Notes: a model not told the origin generated them from the sequence alone. Numbered from the stretch's first letter, positions 42,237 through 51,828 are shown. The stretch is DNA of 64,000 nt from Thermoplasmatota archaeon (GCA_036626005.1 JAZKSP010000001.1:1344-65343); one strand, 5' to 3'. Numbers and translations are program-made.

Positions 42237-43081
42237 AACAATCCCTCCTTCAATTTTTTTAGATGTTGAAGGGCTCTATCTCGCTTATCTTCTCCCAAAG
42301 TATGGGGGCTGTATCTAGCCTCTTCGAACAGATAGGTGATATTTGAGATAATCTTTTCTTGAACCGGTATCTTCTTGACCGCTTCATCTTTGAACTCCCG
42401 AGGCGTTTTAAAGTCGTCATTTTTTGCCCCGCTCACTTCGAGGATACGACTCATTTCCCGATAACATCTGATTATTGTGGACCTTACGGCTTCTCCTTCG
42501 TGTAGATCGTCGATTGCTTTATTGAGTGTAGATGATAGTGACTCCTCCATTTCTTCCTCGTACATTTCTCTATCCATCTTCACTTCATTTAGAGGTTCTA
42601 GCGAGTGTTTTTCTTGGTTTTCTTCCTCACTACTGAACATTTTTAGATAAAGTCCATAGATTAAAATTGATCCTGACAAGAGGATCAGCAAAAGAAAACC
42701 TAGGTCTGGAAGGAAATGCAGTGATGGAAATTTTGGGGATGGTGGAAGCTTGAAATCACCTCTTATCGATAGCACAGCGGCGGGATAGACAAATAGTAAA
42801 ATAGCGGCTAACTGAAATAGTATCCAAAATCCTAATAGGATGAGCCCGGTAAGCATACTAGTGGTATCTTTATCATATAAAAGGTAAAATGAGTAGATGA
42901 TCGGGAATGATATCAAGACTAGAGGAAGTAACAATAACGTTCTTTCCCCAATCCCTCCTTCAAAAACGGATTCTGTATCTACATCGCCTTCAAGATTGAT
43001 AAGGTTTCCCACTGCCCAGGAACAGAGGAGAACAACAAATATCGAGAAGATCACCAACTTTCTGGTCTTTCGATTTGTCAT
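42233..43081 (-). CDS. Membrane protein with DUF4129-like C-terminal domain
   Basis: Multiple N-terminal TM helices. The cytoplasmic C-terminus has ...ITYLFEEARYSPHTL..., as seen in DUF4129 members that accompany DUF58/MoxR. Confidence 0.4.
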   Translation of the reverse strand: MTNRKTRKLVIFSIFVVLLCSWAVGNLINLEGDVDTESVFEGGIGERTLLLLPLVLISFPIIYSFYLLYDKDTTSMLTGLILLGFWILFQLAAILLFVYPAAVLSIRGDFKLPPSPKFPSLHFLPDLGFLLLILLSGSILIYGLYLKMFSSEEENQEKHSLEPLNEVKMDREMYEEEMEESLSSTLNKAIDDLHEGEAVRSTIIRCYREMSRILEVSGAKNDDFKTPREFKDEAVKKIPVQEKIISNITYLFEEARYSPHTLGEDKRDRALQHLKKLKEGLL

Positions 43082-43172
43082 CGATACTTTAAATTATAAA
43101 AACTAGGTATTATAGGTTTCCATTCTAAGTCCTTAAAGACCTCATACATCCGAATAGTTTATTTATCTGGAC

Positions 43173-45944
43173 TTGAATCGAATACATATCATGTTCGAAG
43201 AAGAGTATCAATTTGATTACTTCGCAGAAAATGATTTCGTCAGAAAAAAGTGTAGCGAGTGCGGATCTCACTTTTGGACTTTAGATGAGGATATGGAGAC
43301 CTGTCAGGACGCACCCTGCACTGAGTTCGATTTTATAGGAGATCCCCCTACTGATCGGTCTTTCTCGGTTGAAGAGATGAGGCAGTTTTTTATAGATTTC
43401 TTTGCAGATAGAGATCATACTCCTTTGGATAGGTATCCGGTTGTGGCTAGATGGAGAGACGATGTCTTGCTAGTTCACGCAAGCATATATGATTTTCAAC
43501 CTCACGTGACTTCTGGTCAGGTCGATCCTCCAGCGAATCCCTTAGTGGTATCTCAACCCTGTATCAGATTGCCCGATGTAGACGAAGTGGGTAAGACCGG
43601 AAAGCATCAGACCGCCTTCGAGATGTTGGGGCATCATTCTTTCAATACAGTTGAGCATCCGGTCTACTGGAAAGAGGAAACTATAGAGTACTGTCATGAG
43701 ATGTTGAAAGAGATGGGGGTAGATGAGGAACTGATAGCCTACAAGGAACACCCTTGGATCGGAGGTGGAAACGCCGGTCCTTCTCTGGAAGTAAATGTTC
43801 AAGGTTTAGAAGTTTCCACATTGGTATTCATGAACATGGAAAAAGACCGTGAAGGCGAGATAGAACTTGATGGAGACAATTACTCACCCCTAGACCTTAA
43901 TGTTGTAGATACTGGGTACGGACTAGAAAGACTAGCGTGGGTTAGTGAAGGCGCTCCTACAATCTACGATTCTGTTTACCCCGATATGATCGATCATATT
44001 GTTGATAGGTTGGATTTTGAACATCCTATAGAGGACGAAAACTACAGAAGGATGCTTGAAGAATACACTAATCTTGCAGGGACTTCAGATAAAGATTACA
44101 GAGATGAGTCTCTTATGGATGATCTGATGGACAGACTTTCAGAATACAATATTGAGATGGCTAGAGAGAAATTGATAGAAAAATTATCGATATTGGAAGG
44201 AATTTACACTTTAGCGGATCACAGTTACACTATCGCCTTGATGCTTTCCGACGGAGTAGTGCCTTCGAATGTAGAAGAAGGTTATCTAGCTAGGATGATG
44301 ATCCGTCGAGCACTTAGACAGATAAACAGGATGGAAAAGGAACTTTCTCTTTCTGAGTTGGTGGAAAAACAAATGGACATACATTCAGATATAATAGACG
44401 TAGGAAAAAAAGAACTTGTCTTTGAGATATTGGACCAGGAGATAGAAAAATACGATTCTACAGTTGAAAAAGGTAAGAGGATGGTCAAAAGAGAATTAGA
44501 GAAGATGGAACATAAGGAGGAACTATCAGTAGATAAACTGATAGAATTCTATGACACACATGGAATACATCCCACCATCGTGGAAGAGATATCCGTGGAT
44601 TTCAACATAGAGGTAAATGTACCGAAGAACTTCAATGCGATGCTCGCCGAGATGCATGAGTCTTCTGCAGAGGAGATCGAAGAAGAAGTTGAAGAAGTCG
44701 AAGGTGAATTAGATCTCCCTGAAACGGAACCTCTTTATTACAAAAATCCTAACGCTCAGACTTTCGAGGCCGTAGTTTTAGACTCTAAAGAAGATGAAGT
44801 AGTTCTAGACAGGACGTTGTTTTACCCTGAAGGTGGTGGTCAGCCCGCAGATCATGGGGTTCTGATGACCGATGCTTCCAGCTATCTAGTGAGACATGTC
44901 AGAAAAAAAGACGCCGTGATCATACATGAGATCGATGGAGAGATACCTGAAGGTGAGACAGTTGAAGGTAAGGTGGATTGGGATAGACGCATGGCTCTGA
45001 CTAGACATCACTCAGCCACCCACATAATCATGAGTGCCGCTAGAGAAGTTTTGGGAGATCACGTATGGCAGAAAGGCGCTCAAAAAGACATAGAGAACGC
45101 TAGATTGGATCTCTCACACTTTAAGAGGATAAGTCGTAAAGAGATAAAAGAAATCGAAAGGATAGCGAACAAAATTGTTCTCGATGATATCCCGGTAAGA
45201 AAAGAAGAACTCACTAGAGATGAAGCTGAAAAGAGATTCGGATTCAAACTTTATCAAGGTGGCGTTCCGGAGAGCGATATCATCAGAGTTGTTCACATCT
45301 CTGACGTTGAAGATTACGATGCCCAAGCGTGCGGAGGTACTCACGTCAACAGGACATCAGAAGTCGGTCCGATAAAGGTGCTAGGTACTCAGAGGATCCA
45401 AGATGGTGTTGAAAGGTTGACGTATTCCGCCGGGATGGCAACCGTAGAAAACGTACAGCGCCAGGAAGATATTCTGAAGGAAGCTTCTTCAAGATTCAAA
45501 GTCAGCCCTGAGGATCTCCCGGAAACGGCTGAACGTTTCTTCAAAGAGTGGAAAGAACGCGGGAAAGAGATAGAGGAACTGAAAAAATACAAATCGGTCG
45601 CTATGGTGGAGGAACTTCTTCCCGGAGAGAAGGTAAACGATGTTGAGTTCGTGTTAGAAGTTGTAGACATGGGTACAAAAGAGATGCTATCTACCGCAGA
45701 AAGGATAACTTCTGAAGAGGGTAGAGTGGTTTTATTGGCCTCGGAAGGAGAGAACGTCAACCTCGTCTTTTCAAGAAGTGATGATCTAGAGCTCAATATG
45801 ATAGAGATCTTGAATGAAGCCGCAAAAGAGATAAATGGCGGAGGTGGCGGAAGTCCGAAAACTGCTCAGGGTGGCGGCAGTAAACCTGAAGGAAGAGAAA
45901 ATGCCCTGGAGAAAGCGAAAGAACTGGTTTTAGAGAAACTTTAG
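43173..45944 (+). CDS. alaS: Alanine--tRNA ligase
   Basis: Archaeal-type AlaRS: class II catalytic core, editing domain HxxxH/CxxxH (HSATHII...CGGTHV) and a C-terminal DHH-like domain. The true start is probably the Met at 43191 (MFEEEY). Confidence 0.9.
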   Translation: MNRIHIMFEEEYQFDYFAENDFVRKKCSECGSHFWTLDEDMETCQDAPCTEFDFIGDPPTDRSFSVEEMRQFFIDFFADRDHTPLDRYPVVARWRDDVLLVHASIYDFQPHVTSGQVDPPANPLVVSQPCIRLPDVDEVGKTGKHQTAFEMLGHHSFNTVEHPVYWKEETIEYCHEMLKEMGVDEELIAYKEHPWIGGGNAGPSLEVNVQGLEVSTLVFMNMEKDREGEIELDGDNYSPLDLNVVDTGYGLERLAWVSEGAPTIYDSVYPDMIDHIVDRLDFEHPIEDENYRRMLEEYTNLAGTSDKDYRDESLMDDLMDRLSEYNIEMAREKLIEKLSILEGIYTLADHSYTIALMLSDGVVPSNVEEGYLARMMIRRALRQINRMEKELSLSELVEKQMDIHSDIIDVGKKELVFEILDQEIEKYDSTVEKGKRMVKRELEKMEHKEELSVDKLIEFYDTHGIHPTIVEEISVDFNIEVNVPKNFNAMLAEMHESSAEEIEEEVEEVEGELDLPETEPLYYKNPNAQTFEAVVLDSKEDEVVLDRTLFYPEGGGQPADHGVLMTDASSYLVRHVRKKDAVIIHEIDGEIPEGETVEGKVDWDRRMALTRHHSATHIIMSAAREVLGDHVWQKGAQKDIENARLDLSHFKRISRKEIKEIERIANKIVLDDIPVRKEELTRDEAEKRFGFKLYQGGVPESDIIRVVHISDVEDYDAQACGGTHVNRTSEVGPIKVLGTQRIQDGVERLTYSAGMATVENVQRQEDILKEASSRFKVSPEDLPETAERFFKEWKERGKEIEELKKYKSVAMVEELLPGEKVNDVEFVLEVVDMGTKEMLSTAERITSEEGRVVLLASEGENVNLVFSRSDDLELNMIEILNEAAKEINGGGGGSPKTAQGGGSKPEGRENALEKAKELVLEKL

Positions 45945-46094
45945 AATATTGTATTTTGTGAACCACTAAGAGAGATAGATGGAAGATCCATCATTAAAGG
46001 TCGCTTTGAAGAGGAGACACCAACATTTTTGTAAAAAGAACGAGATATTAGATCAAGTTTGGAATCTTTAAAAGAAAAAATAGAGGGTGATTTG

Positions 46095-47543
46095 ATGAGA
46101 AAAAACCATGATCTTACTATCCTCCAGATGAATGATAGTCATGCTTATCTGGACTTACATGACGAATATTTCTGGAAAGGCGAAGAGCAGATATATAAAA
46201 AAGTTGGAGGGTACGGGAGGATAACGAGCTATTTGGATAAGGTGAGGGAAGAGACCTCCGGTTCTGTGATAGCACTGGATAATGGAGATACCATCCATGG
46301 AACTTATCCAGCGGTAAAAAGCAAAGGAAACGTGATGCTCCCTATCTTGAACAATATGGATTTCGATGCTTGGACGGCTCATTGGGATTTCGCCTATGGT
46401 CCTGAACATCTGATGGATTTTGCAGAAGAGTTAGATTATCCTTTACTAGCGATCAATTGTTACCGGGAAGATACGGATGAGCTGGTCTTCGATCCCTATA
46501 AGGTAGTGGATAAAGATGGGATCAAAGTGGGTCTCATCGGCATCGCAGCAACGATAGTAGATAAGACCATGCCGGATAGTTTCAGCGAAGATATCTATTT
46601 CACTTTAGGCAGGGAAGAATTGCCCGGATATGTTCAAGAATTGAAAGAGGAGAAGGACGTCGAGTTGATAGTCGTCTTTGCACATCTTGGTTATCCACAG
46701 GAATTGAAACTTGCAAAAGAGGTCGATGGAATAGACGTTCTGATAAGCGGACACACACACAACCGGAGTTACGAACCTGTAGAAGTCAACGAAACTATAG
46801 TCATACAATCCGGCTGTCACGGCTCGTTCATCGGGAGACTAGACTTGGATATAGAAGAGGGAAATATAAGAGGATATGACCACGAACTTGTAGAGATCGG
46901 TGAATCTATAGATCCTGATGAGAAGGTCCAGGAACTAGTCGAGAAAGCGAAAAGTCCCCATAAAGAGATGCTGGAAGAAGTCGTTGGAGAAACTGAGATA
47001 GGTCTAGCTAGAGATAGAGTTATGGAAACGACCATGGACAATCTTCTGTTGAAGGCGATGGCAGAGGTAAGCGAAACAGAGTTGGCCTTTTCGAACGGCT
47101 GGCGGTATGGTTCTCCGATACCGCCTGGAGAGATAACAATGGAAGACTTGTGGAAGATAATCCCAGTAAATCCTCCGATTTCCAAATGTGAGATCACGGG
47201 GCAGGAACTTTGGGAGATGATAGAAGAGGATCTAGAGCTGACATTTTCAAAAGACTCTTATGAACAGATGGGTGGTTATGTGAAGAGATGCTATGGCATA
47301 AATGTATATTTCAAAGTAGAGAATCCTGAGGAGAACAGGATACAGGAATTTTTTGTCGGTGGCGAGAGGTTGGATAGAGACAAAACATATGAAGCTAGTT
47401 TTGTAACGTCACAGGGTATCCATCCCAAGTACGGGAAGAATAGGAGAGAGTTGGATATCCACGCTGTAGATGCTTTGAGAAGGTATGTAGAGAAAAACAG
47501 TCCGGTGAAACCGCAAATCGAGGGAAATTTCGTACCCATTTGA
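46095..47543 (+). CDS. Bifunctional metallophosphatase/5'-nucleotidase (UshA-like)
   Basis: N-terminal calcineurin-like motifs (LQMNDSHAY, GNHE-like GHTHNR) and a C-terminal 5'-nucleotidase substrate domain. The start was moved to the Met preceded by the GAGGGTGA RBS. Confidence 0.7.
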   Translation: MRKNHDLTILQMNDSHAYLDLHDEYFWKGEEQIYKKVGGYGRITSYLDKVREETSGSVIALDNGDTIHGTYPAVKSKGNVMLPILNNMDFDAWTAHWDFAYGPEHLMDFAEELDYPLLAINCYREDTDELVFDPYKVVDKDGIKVGLIGIAATIVDKTMPDSFSEDIYFTLGREELPGYVQELKEEKDVELIVVFAHLGYPQELKLAKEVDGIDVLISGHTHNRSYEPVEVNETIVIQSGCHGSFIGRLDLDIEEGNIRGYDHELVEIGESIDPDEKVQELVEKAKSPHKEMLEEVVGETEIGLARDRVMETTMDNLLLKAMAEVSETELAFSNGWRYGSPIPPGEITMEDLWKIIPVNPPISKCEITGQELWEMIEEDLELTFSKDSYEQMGGYVKRCYGINVYFKVENPEENRIQEFFVGGERLDRDKTYEASFVTSQGIHPKYGKNRRELDIHAVDALRRYVEKNSPVKPQIEGNFVPI

Positions 47544-47601
47544 AAAGAAAAGTGGACCTGTCACAATCAAAGATTCTAACTGTTCATTTTTCGAAGAAAA
47601 G

Positions 47602-47703
47602 TGGACCAGCGGGGACTCGAACCCCGGGCCTCCACCAGTTCGGCAGCAGGTGTTTCCGCCTGCGGATGCCAAGGTGGCGATCTTCCAACTGATCTACTGG
47701 CCC
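47602..47703 (-). tRNA. tRNA-Ala (anticodon GGC) with a ~29-nt intron in the anticodon loop
   Basis: Hand fold of the reverse complement. Acceptor GGGCCAG/CTGGTCC with G3:U70 and discriminator A73 (both Ala identity elements). D-arm GATC/GATC. Anticodon stem CCACC...GGTGG is interrupted after position 37 (loop TTGGCA) by ~29 nt. T-arm CGGGG-TTCGAGT-CCCCG. Confidence 0.75.
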
Positions 47704-47922
47704 ATATGAGCGAGAGCGATTATAGGTCAAGTAGACAATAGGAATCTCCGATTCCTACGCATCTACTGGCCCATATTCAGTAGATAAGAGATAGAAGTAA
47801 CTCCCATAAAAATTTTGTGAAGCTAAAACAGATGATTTTTGCTCGCTTATCAATGACCTCAATCACGTAACTATTTTATATCCGGTCCGATTTACGACCA
47901 AATAGAATAAAGAGGTATAAAA

Positions 47923-49020
47923 ATGAAACTTCAAGAGTATCAGGCTGCAGAAATTTTTGAGGATTATGGTATTCCGGTGGCTGAAAGTTATTTTATCGAA
48001 GAGCCGGAGCAGATAAAAGAAGTAGATAAACCGGTGGTTTTGAAGTCTCAAGTGACAGTAGGGAAGAGGGGCAAAGCTGGAGGTATACTTTTCGCAGAAG
48101 ATAGAGAGGAGGCTGTTGAGAAAGCTGAAGAACTCTTCAACAAAGAGATACGCGGATTAGAAGTCGAGAAAGTCCTAGTGGCTGAGCAAGCCGAGATCGA
48201 AGATGAATACTACGTTGGGATGGTCATGGACAGGGAAAACAAAAGACCTACCTTGATAATGACCACAGAAGGCGGGATGAATATCGAGGAAGTCGCGGAG
48301 GAACACCCGGACAAGATAGCGAAAAAACCAATCGATCCGGTGATGGGCATGAGAAGTTACGAAGCGATGTATCTCGCCGATTCAATAGGTCTAGAAGGAG
48401 AGGAACTTTCGCAGATGGCGAAGATAGCCCAAAAATTAGCTCAAGCCTTTCACGATTACGATTCTGAACTCGCGGAGATCAATCCGCTTGTTTCCACACC
48501 AGATGGTCTTTTGGCCATCGATGCGGTTTTCAACATAGACGACAATGCGCTTTACAGACAGGAATTTGAAAAATCAGAAAGTAAACTCGTCACCGAACGA
48601 GAAAAAAAGGCTCGTGAATACGACCTCGCTTATGTGGATCTTGAGGGCGATATAGGCATAGTCGGTTGCGGTGCCGGTCTCGTGATGGCCACACTCGACT
48701 CTGTGGCGGAATTCGGTGGAGAACCTGCCTGTTTCCTTGACCTCGGTGGAGGTGCTGATGCGGAGGATACAAAAGAAGCTCTAGAGATCATCGACATGAA
48801 AGAGGGCGTAAATTCCATCTATCTCAACATATTCGGCGGAATAACCCAATGCGACAAGATCGCACAAGGGATCATCGATTATGGGCCTACAAAACCGACG
48901 GTCATCAGGATGCTAGGGACAAATGAAGATGAAGCCAAGAGGATGTTGAAGGAAGCCGGTTATGACGTTGTCGACGGTATGGACGAAGGTGCCGAGGAAG
49001 CTGTTAAGATTAAGGAATAG
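47923..49020 (+). CDS. sucC: Succinyl-CoA synthetase beta subunit-like (ADP-forming, ATP-grasp)
   Basis: N-terminal ATP-grasp MKLQEYQAAEIFEDYGIPV...KSQV and C-terminal CoA-ligase region GCGAGLVMATLD...NIFGGITQCD. No sucD lies adjacent. Confidence 0.7.
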   Translation: MKLQEYQAAEIFEDYGIPVAESYFIEEPEQIKEVDKPVVLKSQVTVGKRGKAGGILFAEDREEAVEKAEELFNKEIRGLEVEKVLVAEQAEIEDEYYVGMVMDRENKRPTLIMTTEGGMNIEEVAEEHPDKIAKKPIDPVMGMRSYEAMYLADSIGLEGEELSQMAKIAQKLAQAFHDYDSELAEINPLVSTPDGLLAIDAVFNIDDNALYRQEFEKSESKLVTEREKKAREYDLAYVDLEGDIGIVGCGAGLVMATLDSVAEFGGEPACFLDLGGGADAEDTKEALEIIDMKEGVNSIYLNIFGGITQCDKIAQGIIDYGPTKPTVIRMLGTNEDEAKRMLKEAGYDVVDGMDEGAEEAVKIKE

Positions 49021-49088
49021 CTACAAAACCCTTCTTTATTTTTTAAATTCACTTCTCTCGCCGTAATAGTTTTAACCTATATATCAAA

Positions 49089-49538
49089 TTGATTTTTATG
49101 GGATCAAGAGAACCAAAACCATTCGAATTGATAGAGATCGGAAGGGTAAAGAATGATTATTCAGAGGAGATACCAGAGGATTACCAGGAAAACACTTCGA
49201 AAGTAAAGATCCATAGAAAATACGAGGATGCTTTGTTAGGGATAGAAGAAAATTCTCACATCTCAGTGATGTGCTGGTTCGATAGAAGCGATAGAGATAT
49301 AAAGAGAGTACATCCAATGGCTGATGACTCTAATCCTCTTACCGGAGTCTTCGCCACTCGTGCACCCGTGAGACCTAATCCGATAAGTTACACTGTATGT
49401 GAACTCATGGATCGGGAGGAGAACACTCTTCGAGTTAAAGGGTTGGACGCCTTGAACGGAACTCCTGTTATAGATATCAAATCCTATAAAAGATACGAGA
49501 TAGAGGAACCGAAATATCCCGATTGGGCACCGGAGTGA
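49089..49538 (+). CDS. TsaA/TrmO-family (YaeB-like) SAM-dependent tRNA methyltransferase-like protein
   Basis: ~150-aa beta-barrel family signature: VKIHRKYEDALLGIEENSHI...TGVFATRAPVRPNPI...LDALNGTPVIDIKSY. Confidence 0.6.
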   Translation: MIFMGSREPKPFELIEIGRVKNDYSEEIPEDYQENTSKVKIHRKYEDALLGIEENSHISVMCWFDRSDRDIKRVHPMADDSNPLTGVFATRAPVRPNPISYTVCELMDREENTLRVKGLDALNGTPVIDIKSYKRYEIEEPKYPDWAPE

Positions 49539-49543
49539 TAAAT

Positions 49544-50386
49544 ATGTGTGGAAAAAAGATCGATGGCAGGAAGATAGCGGATGAGAAAGAAGCTGTTTTG
49601 AAGGAAAAGATAGATGAGATGGAGAGACCTCCAATCCTTCACACCATTTTTGCGGGAGAGGACGAAGGATCGAAAGTGTATTTAGGAGTGAAGAACAGAG
49701 GCTGTGAAAGAGTAGGGATAGAAACTGAAACTCATCGTTATGGCGAAGATGTGAAAAAGGAAGTATTGATAGATAAGATACATGAGTTGAATGAAGATAA
49801 GAGAGTGGATGGTATTCTGGTGCAGATGCCGCTCCCGAGGGATATGGATGGTAAAAACCTGATAGAAGAGATAGACCCTGTTAAAGATGTAGAAGGTTTA
49901 CATCCCAAGAATTTAGGGAAACTGATGATAGGGTCCGAAGATATCATCCCATGTACTCCAAAGGGCATACTCACCATGTTGGATTACGAAGGGATTCAGT
50001 TGAAGGGGAAGGAAATATGTGTAGTGAGTCACAGCACTATAGTGGGAAAGCCGATGGCTGTAACTTTATTGAATAGAGATGCCACAGTTCATGTAGTACA
50101 TGAATTCACGGAGGATATGGGAAGACATACTAAAAAGGCCGATATCTTGATCGCCGCGGCCGGTGTTCCTCATTTGATCGGCGAAGAGATGATAGCTCCA
50201 AAATCAGTTATAATAGACGTAGGGATGAACAGGTTGGAGAGCGGAGAGCTGGTAGGAGACGTTGAATATGAGGAATGCAAAGAAAAAGCAAAAAAGATCA
50301 CTCCTGTTCCTGGAGGTGTGGGACCTACAACGGTATTATCCCTTCTCGAAAACACTTACCAAGCCGCTCGTGAACATCGAAGTTAA
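49544..50386 (+). CDS. folD: Bifunctional methylenetetrahydrofolate dehydrogenase/cyclohydrolase
   Basis: ILVQMPLP motif and a Rossmann fold in the C-terminal half. The start was taken at the ATG after the GGAGTGA RBS; the ORF track begins 21 nt upstream. Confidence 0.85.
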   Translation: MCGKKIDGRKIADEKEAVLKEKIDEMERPPILHTIFAGEDEGSKVYLGVKNRGCERVGIETETHRYGEDVKKEVLIDKIHELNEDKRVDGILVQMPLPRDMDGKNLIEEIDPVKDVEGLHPKNLGKLMIGSEDIIPCTPKGILTMLDYEGIQLKGKEICVVSHSTIVGKPMAVTLLNRDATVHVVHEFTEDMGRHTKKADILIAAAGVPHLIGEEMIAPKSVIIDVGMNRLESGELVGDVEYEECKEKAKKITPVPGGVGPTTVLSLLENTYQAAREHRS

Positions 50387-50429
50387 ACCACAAAAGTTAT
50401 AGCGGGCCTTCTTTTATTTTCCAATCCCT

Positions 50430-50502
50430 GCTGGGGTGACAGAGTGGTTAATGTGACCGCCTGCAGAGCGGTTTTTCGTGGGTTCAAATCCCACCCCCAG
50501 CT
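50430..50502 (+). tRNA. tRNA-Cys (anticodon GCA)
   Basis: Acceptor GCTGGGG/CCCCAGC with discriminator U73 (Cys identity). Anticodon stem ACCGC/GCGGT around loop CTGCAGA. T-arm GTGGG-TTCAAAT-CCCAC. The D-stem has one 13:22 mismatch. Confidence 0.8.
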
Positions 50503-50680
50503 TTCATTTTTATCTTACATTTTGGGAGTTGAAAGTTGGAATCTCTGATTCCGACGATCCTCGTCCTACTGGTGATGGACAGCTAAAACCTTTTTTCTGA
50601 TCTTTTTCAATAATCCATTAAAAATATTCTGATATCTCTCTTTGTAAGCCCCAAGTCCTCCTTACTTTAGTGATATCTAT

Positions 50681-51088
50681 TTAAATCGCGATAGCTCCGT
50701 AACTGATCATGAGAAGAAGAAGGACCAAAAGTAGAATAGTTCCTCCTTTACCTAGAGCGGCAGTGGCTTCATATGTGTTGGAACCGGCCCAAGCCAAGAA
50801 ATCCCAAATGTTACCTCCTGCCCATCCCAGGAATTCTTGTATGTTAGAGCCAGTCCAACTCAAAAAGTCATATATTCCTTGAGTAAAACTACCTAATGAG
50901 ACGTCATCTTCAGCTATCACTACGCTTTCTTCTGGAGCATCATCATATTCTAGATGATTAACCCCTTCTAAAGATATCGATGAAAAGACACTTTCTTCTC
51001 TAGATGGAGTCTTCCCTCCTGAAATCAATATAATCCCACTAACGATCAGGAATAGACTTAGGATGCCGGCCAGTATTTTATTTTTCAT
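50681..51088 (-). CDS. Small secreted/membrane-anchored protein with three 11-aa FLxWxGxNIx(E/D) repeats
   Basis: N-terminal signal/TM and a C-terminal hydrophobic anchor flank FLSWTGSNIQEFLGWAGGNIWDFLAWAGSNTYE. Confidence 0.4.
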   Translation of the reverse strand: MKNKILAGILSLFLIVSGIILISGGKTPSREESVFSSISLEGVNHLEYDDAPEESVVIAEDDVSLGSFTQGIYDFLSWTGSNIQEFLGWAGGNIWDFLAWAGSNTYEATAALGKGGTILLLVLLLLMISYGAIAI

Positions 51089-51286
51089 TTTCGGCCCCTT
51101 TCCGCTCAGTTAACTATAACGATATCCGTCTTTATATATCTTTTGAAATCTAAACTTTTTTCTGAAGTTTATATTTGTAAAAGTTAGGTAAGTAAAAAAC
51201 TAAGAATTGGCTATGTAAATATCGAAGACTTGAAAATATTAGGTATTTAGTCATTAACTTAAAATATCTTTAAAAGTCTAGTATAG

Positions 51287-51757
51287 GTGAAGTTAATGAA
51301 TAGCAAGATTCTTTTGGGAGAGGAAGACTTTGACCTTGAAGAATTAAAGAAAAAAGTGGTCAAAGACGATACCGGGGCGGTGATGACTTTCAGTGATATA
51401 GTTAAAAAAAAGAGAGAGGGGACCGATTTACGGAATTTAGAAGTCCGTATATATGAAGGGATGACAAGAAACGAGATGAAGAGAGTGAAAGATGAAACAT
51501 TAAAAGAATTCGATATAACAGGTATAGTCCTCGCTCAAAGGATCGGTGTAATCGATGCTAGAGAGAACGTTATGGGTATCGTCGTCAGTGCTCCGGAAAT
51601 TGAAGAGGCTATCGAGGGCTCAGTCAGTTGTTTGGAAAAATTCAGGGAGTATGTTCCCCTTTGGAAAAAAGAGACCACTATCGACGGCAAAGAACATTGG
51701 GTAGAGGAGGCCGATGAACTCCATAGTTTATATAACCGAATGGTGAAATGGATCTAA
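51287..51757 (+). CDS. moaE: Molybdopterin synthase catalytic subunit MoaE-like
   Basis: Family pattern ...RIYEGMT...LAQRIGVIDARENVMGIVVSAP...EYVPLWKKE (compare MoaE HRIG...PIWKKE). Confidence 0.6.
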   Translation: MKLMNSKILLGEEDFDLEELKKKVVKDDTGAVMTFSDIVKKKREGTDLRNLEVRIYEGMTRNEMKRVKDETLKEFDITGIVLAQRIGVIDARENVMGIVVSAPEIEEAIEGSVSCLEKFREYVPLWKKETTIDGKEHWVEEADELHSLYNRMVKWI

Positions 51758-51828
51758 AAATACCTTGCGTAGTTTTAACCCGAACTTAACGTAAAGTATT
51801 AGTAAATGACCAATTTTGAAACCTCTAT

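Noticed and set aside
47540-47780. Integrated provirus or plasmid at tRNA-Ala
   Set aside because: Duplicated tRNA-end fragments are present, but the copies are only 49 and 60 bp from the gene and no integrase or foreign genes lie between them. At most this is a scar, so it is reported as a finding and not as a mobile element.
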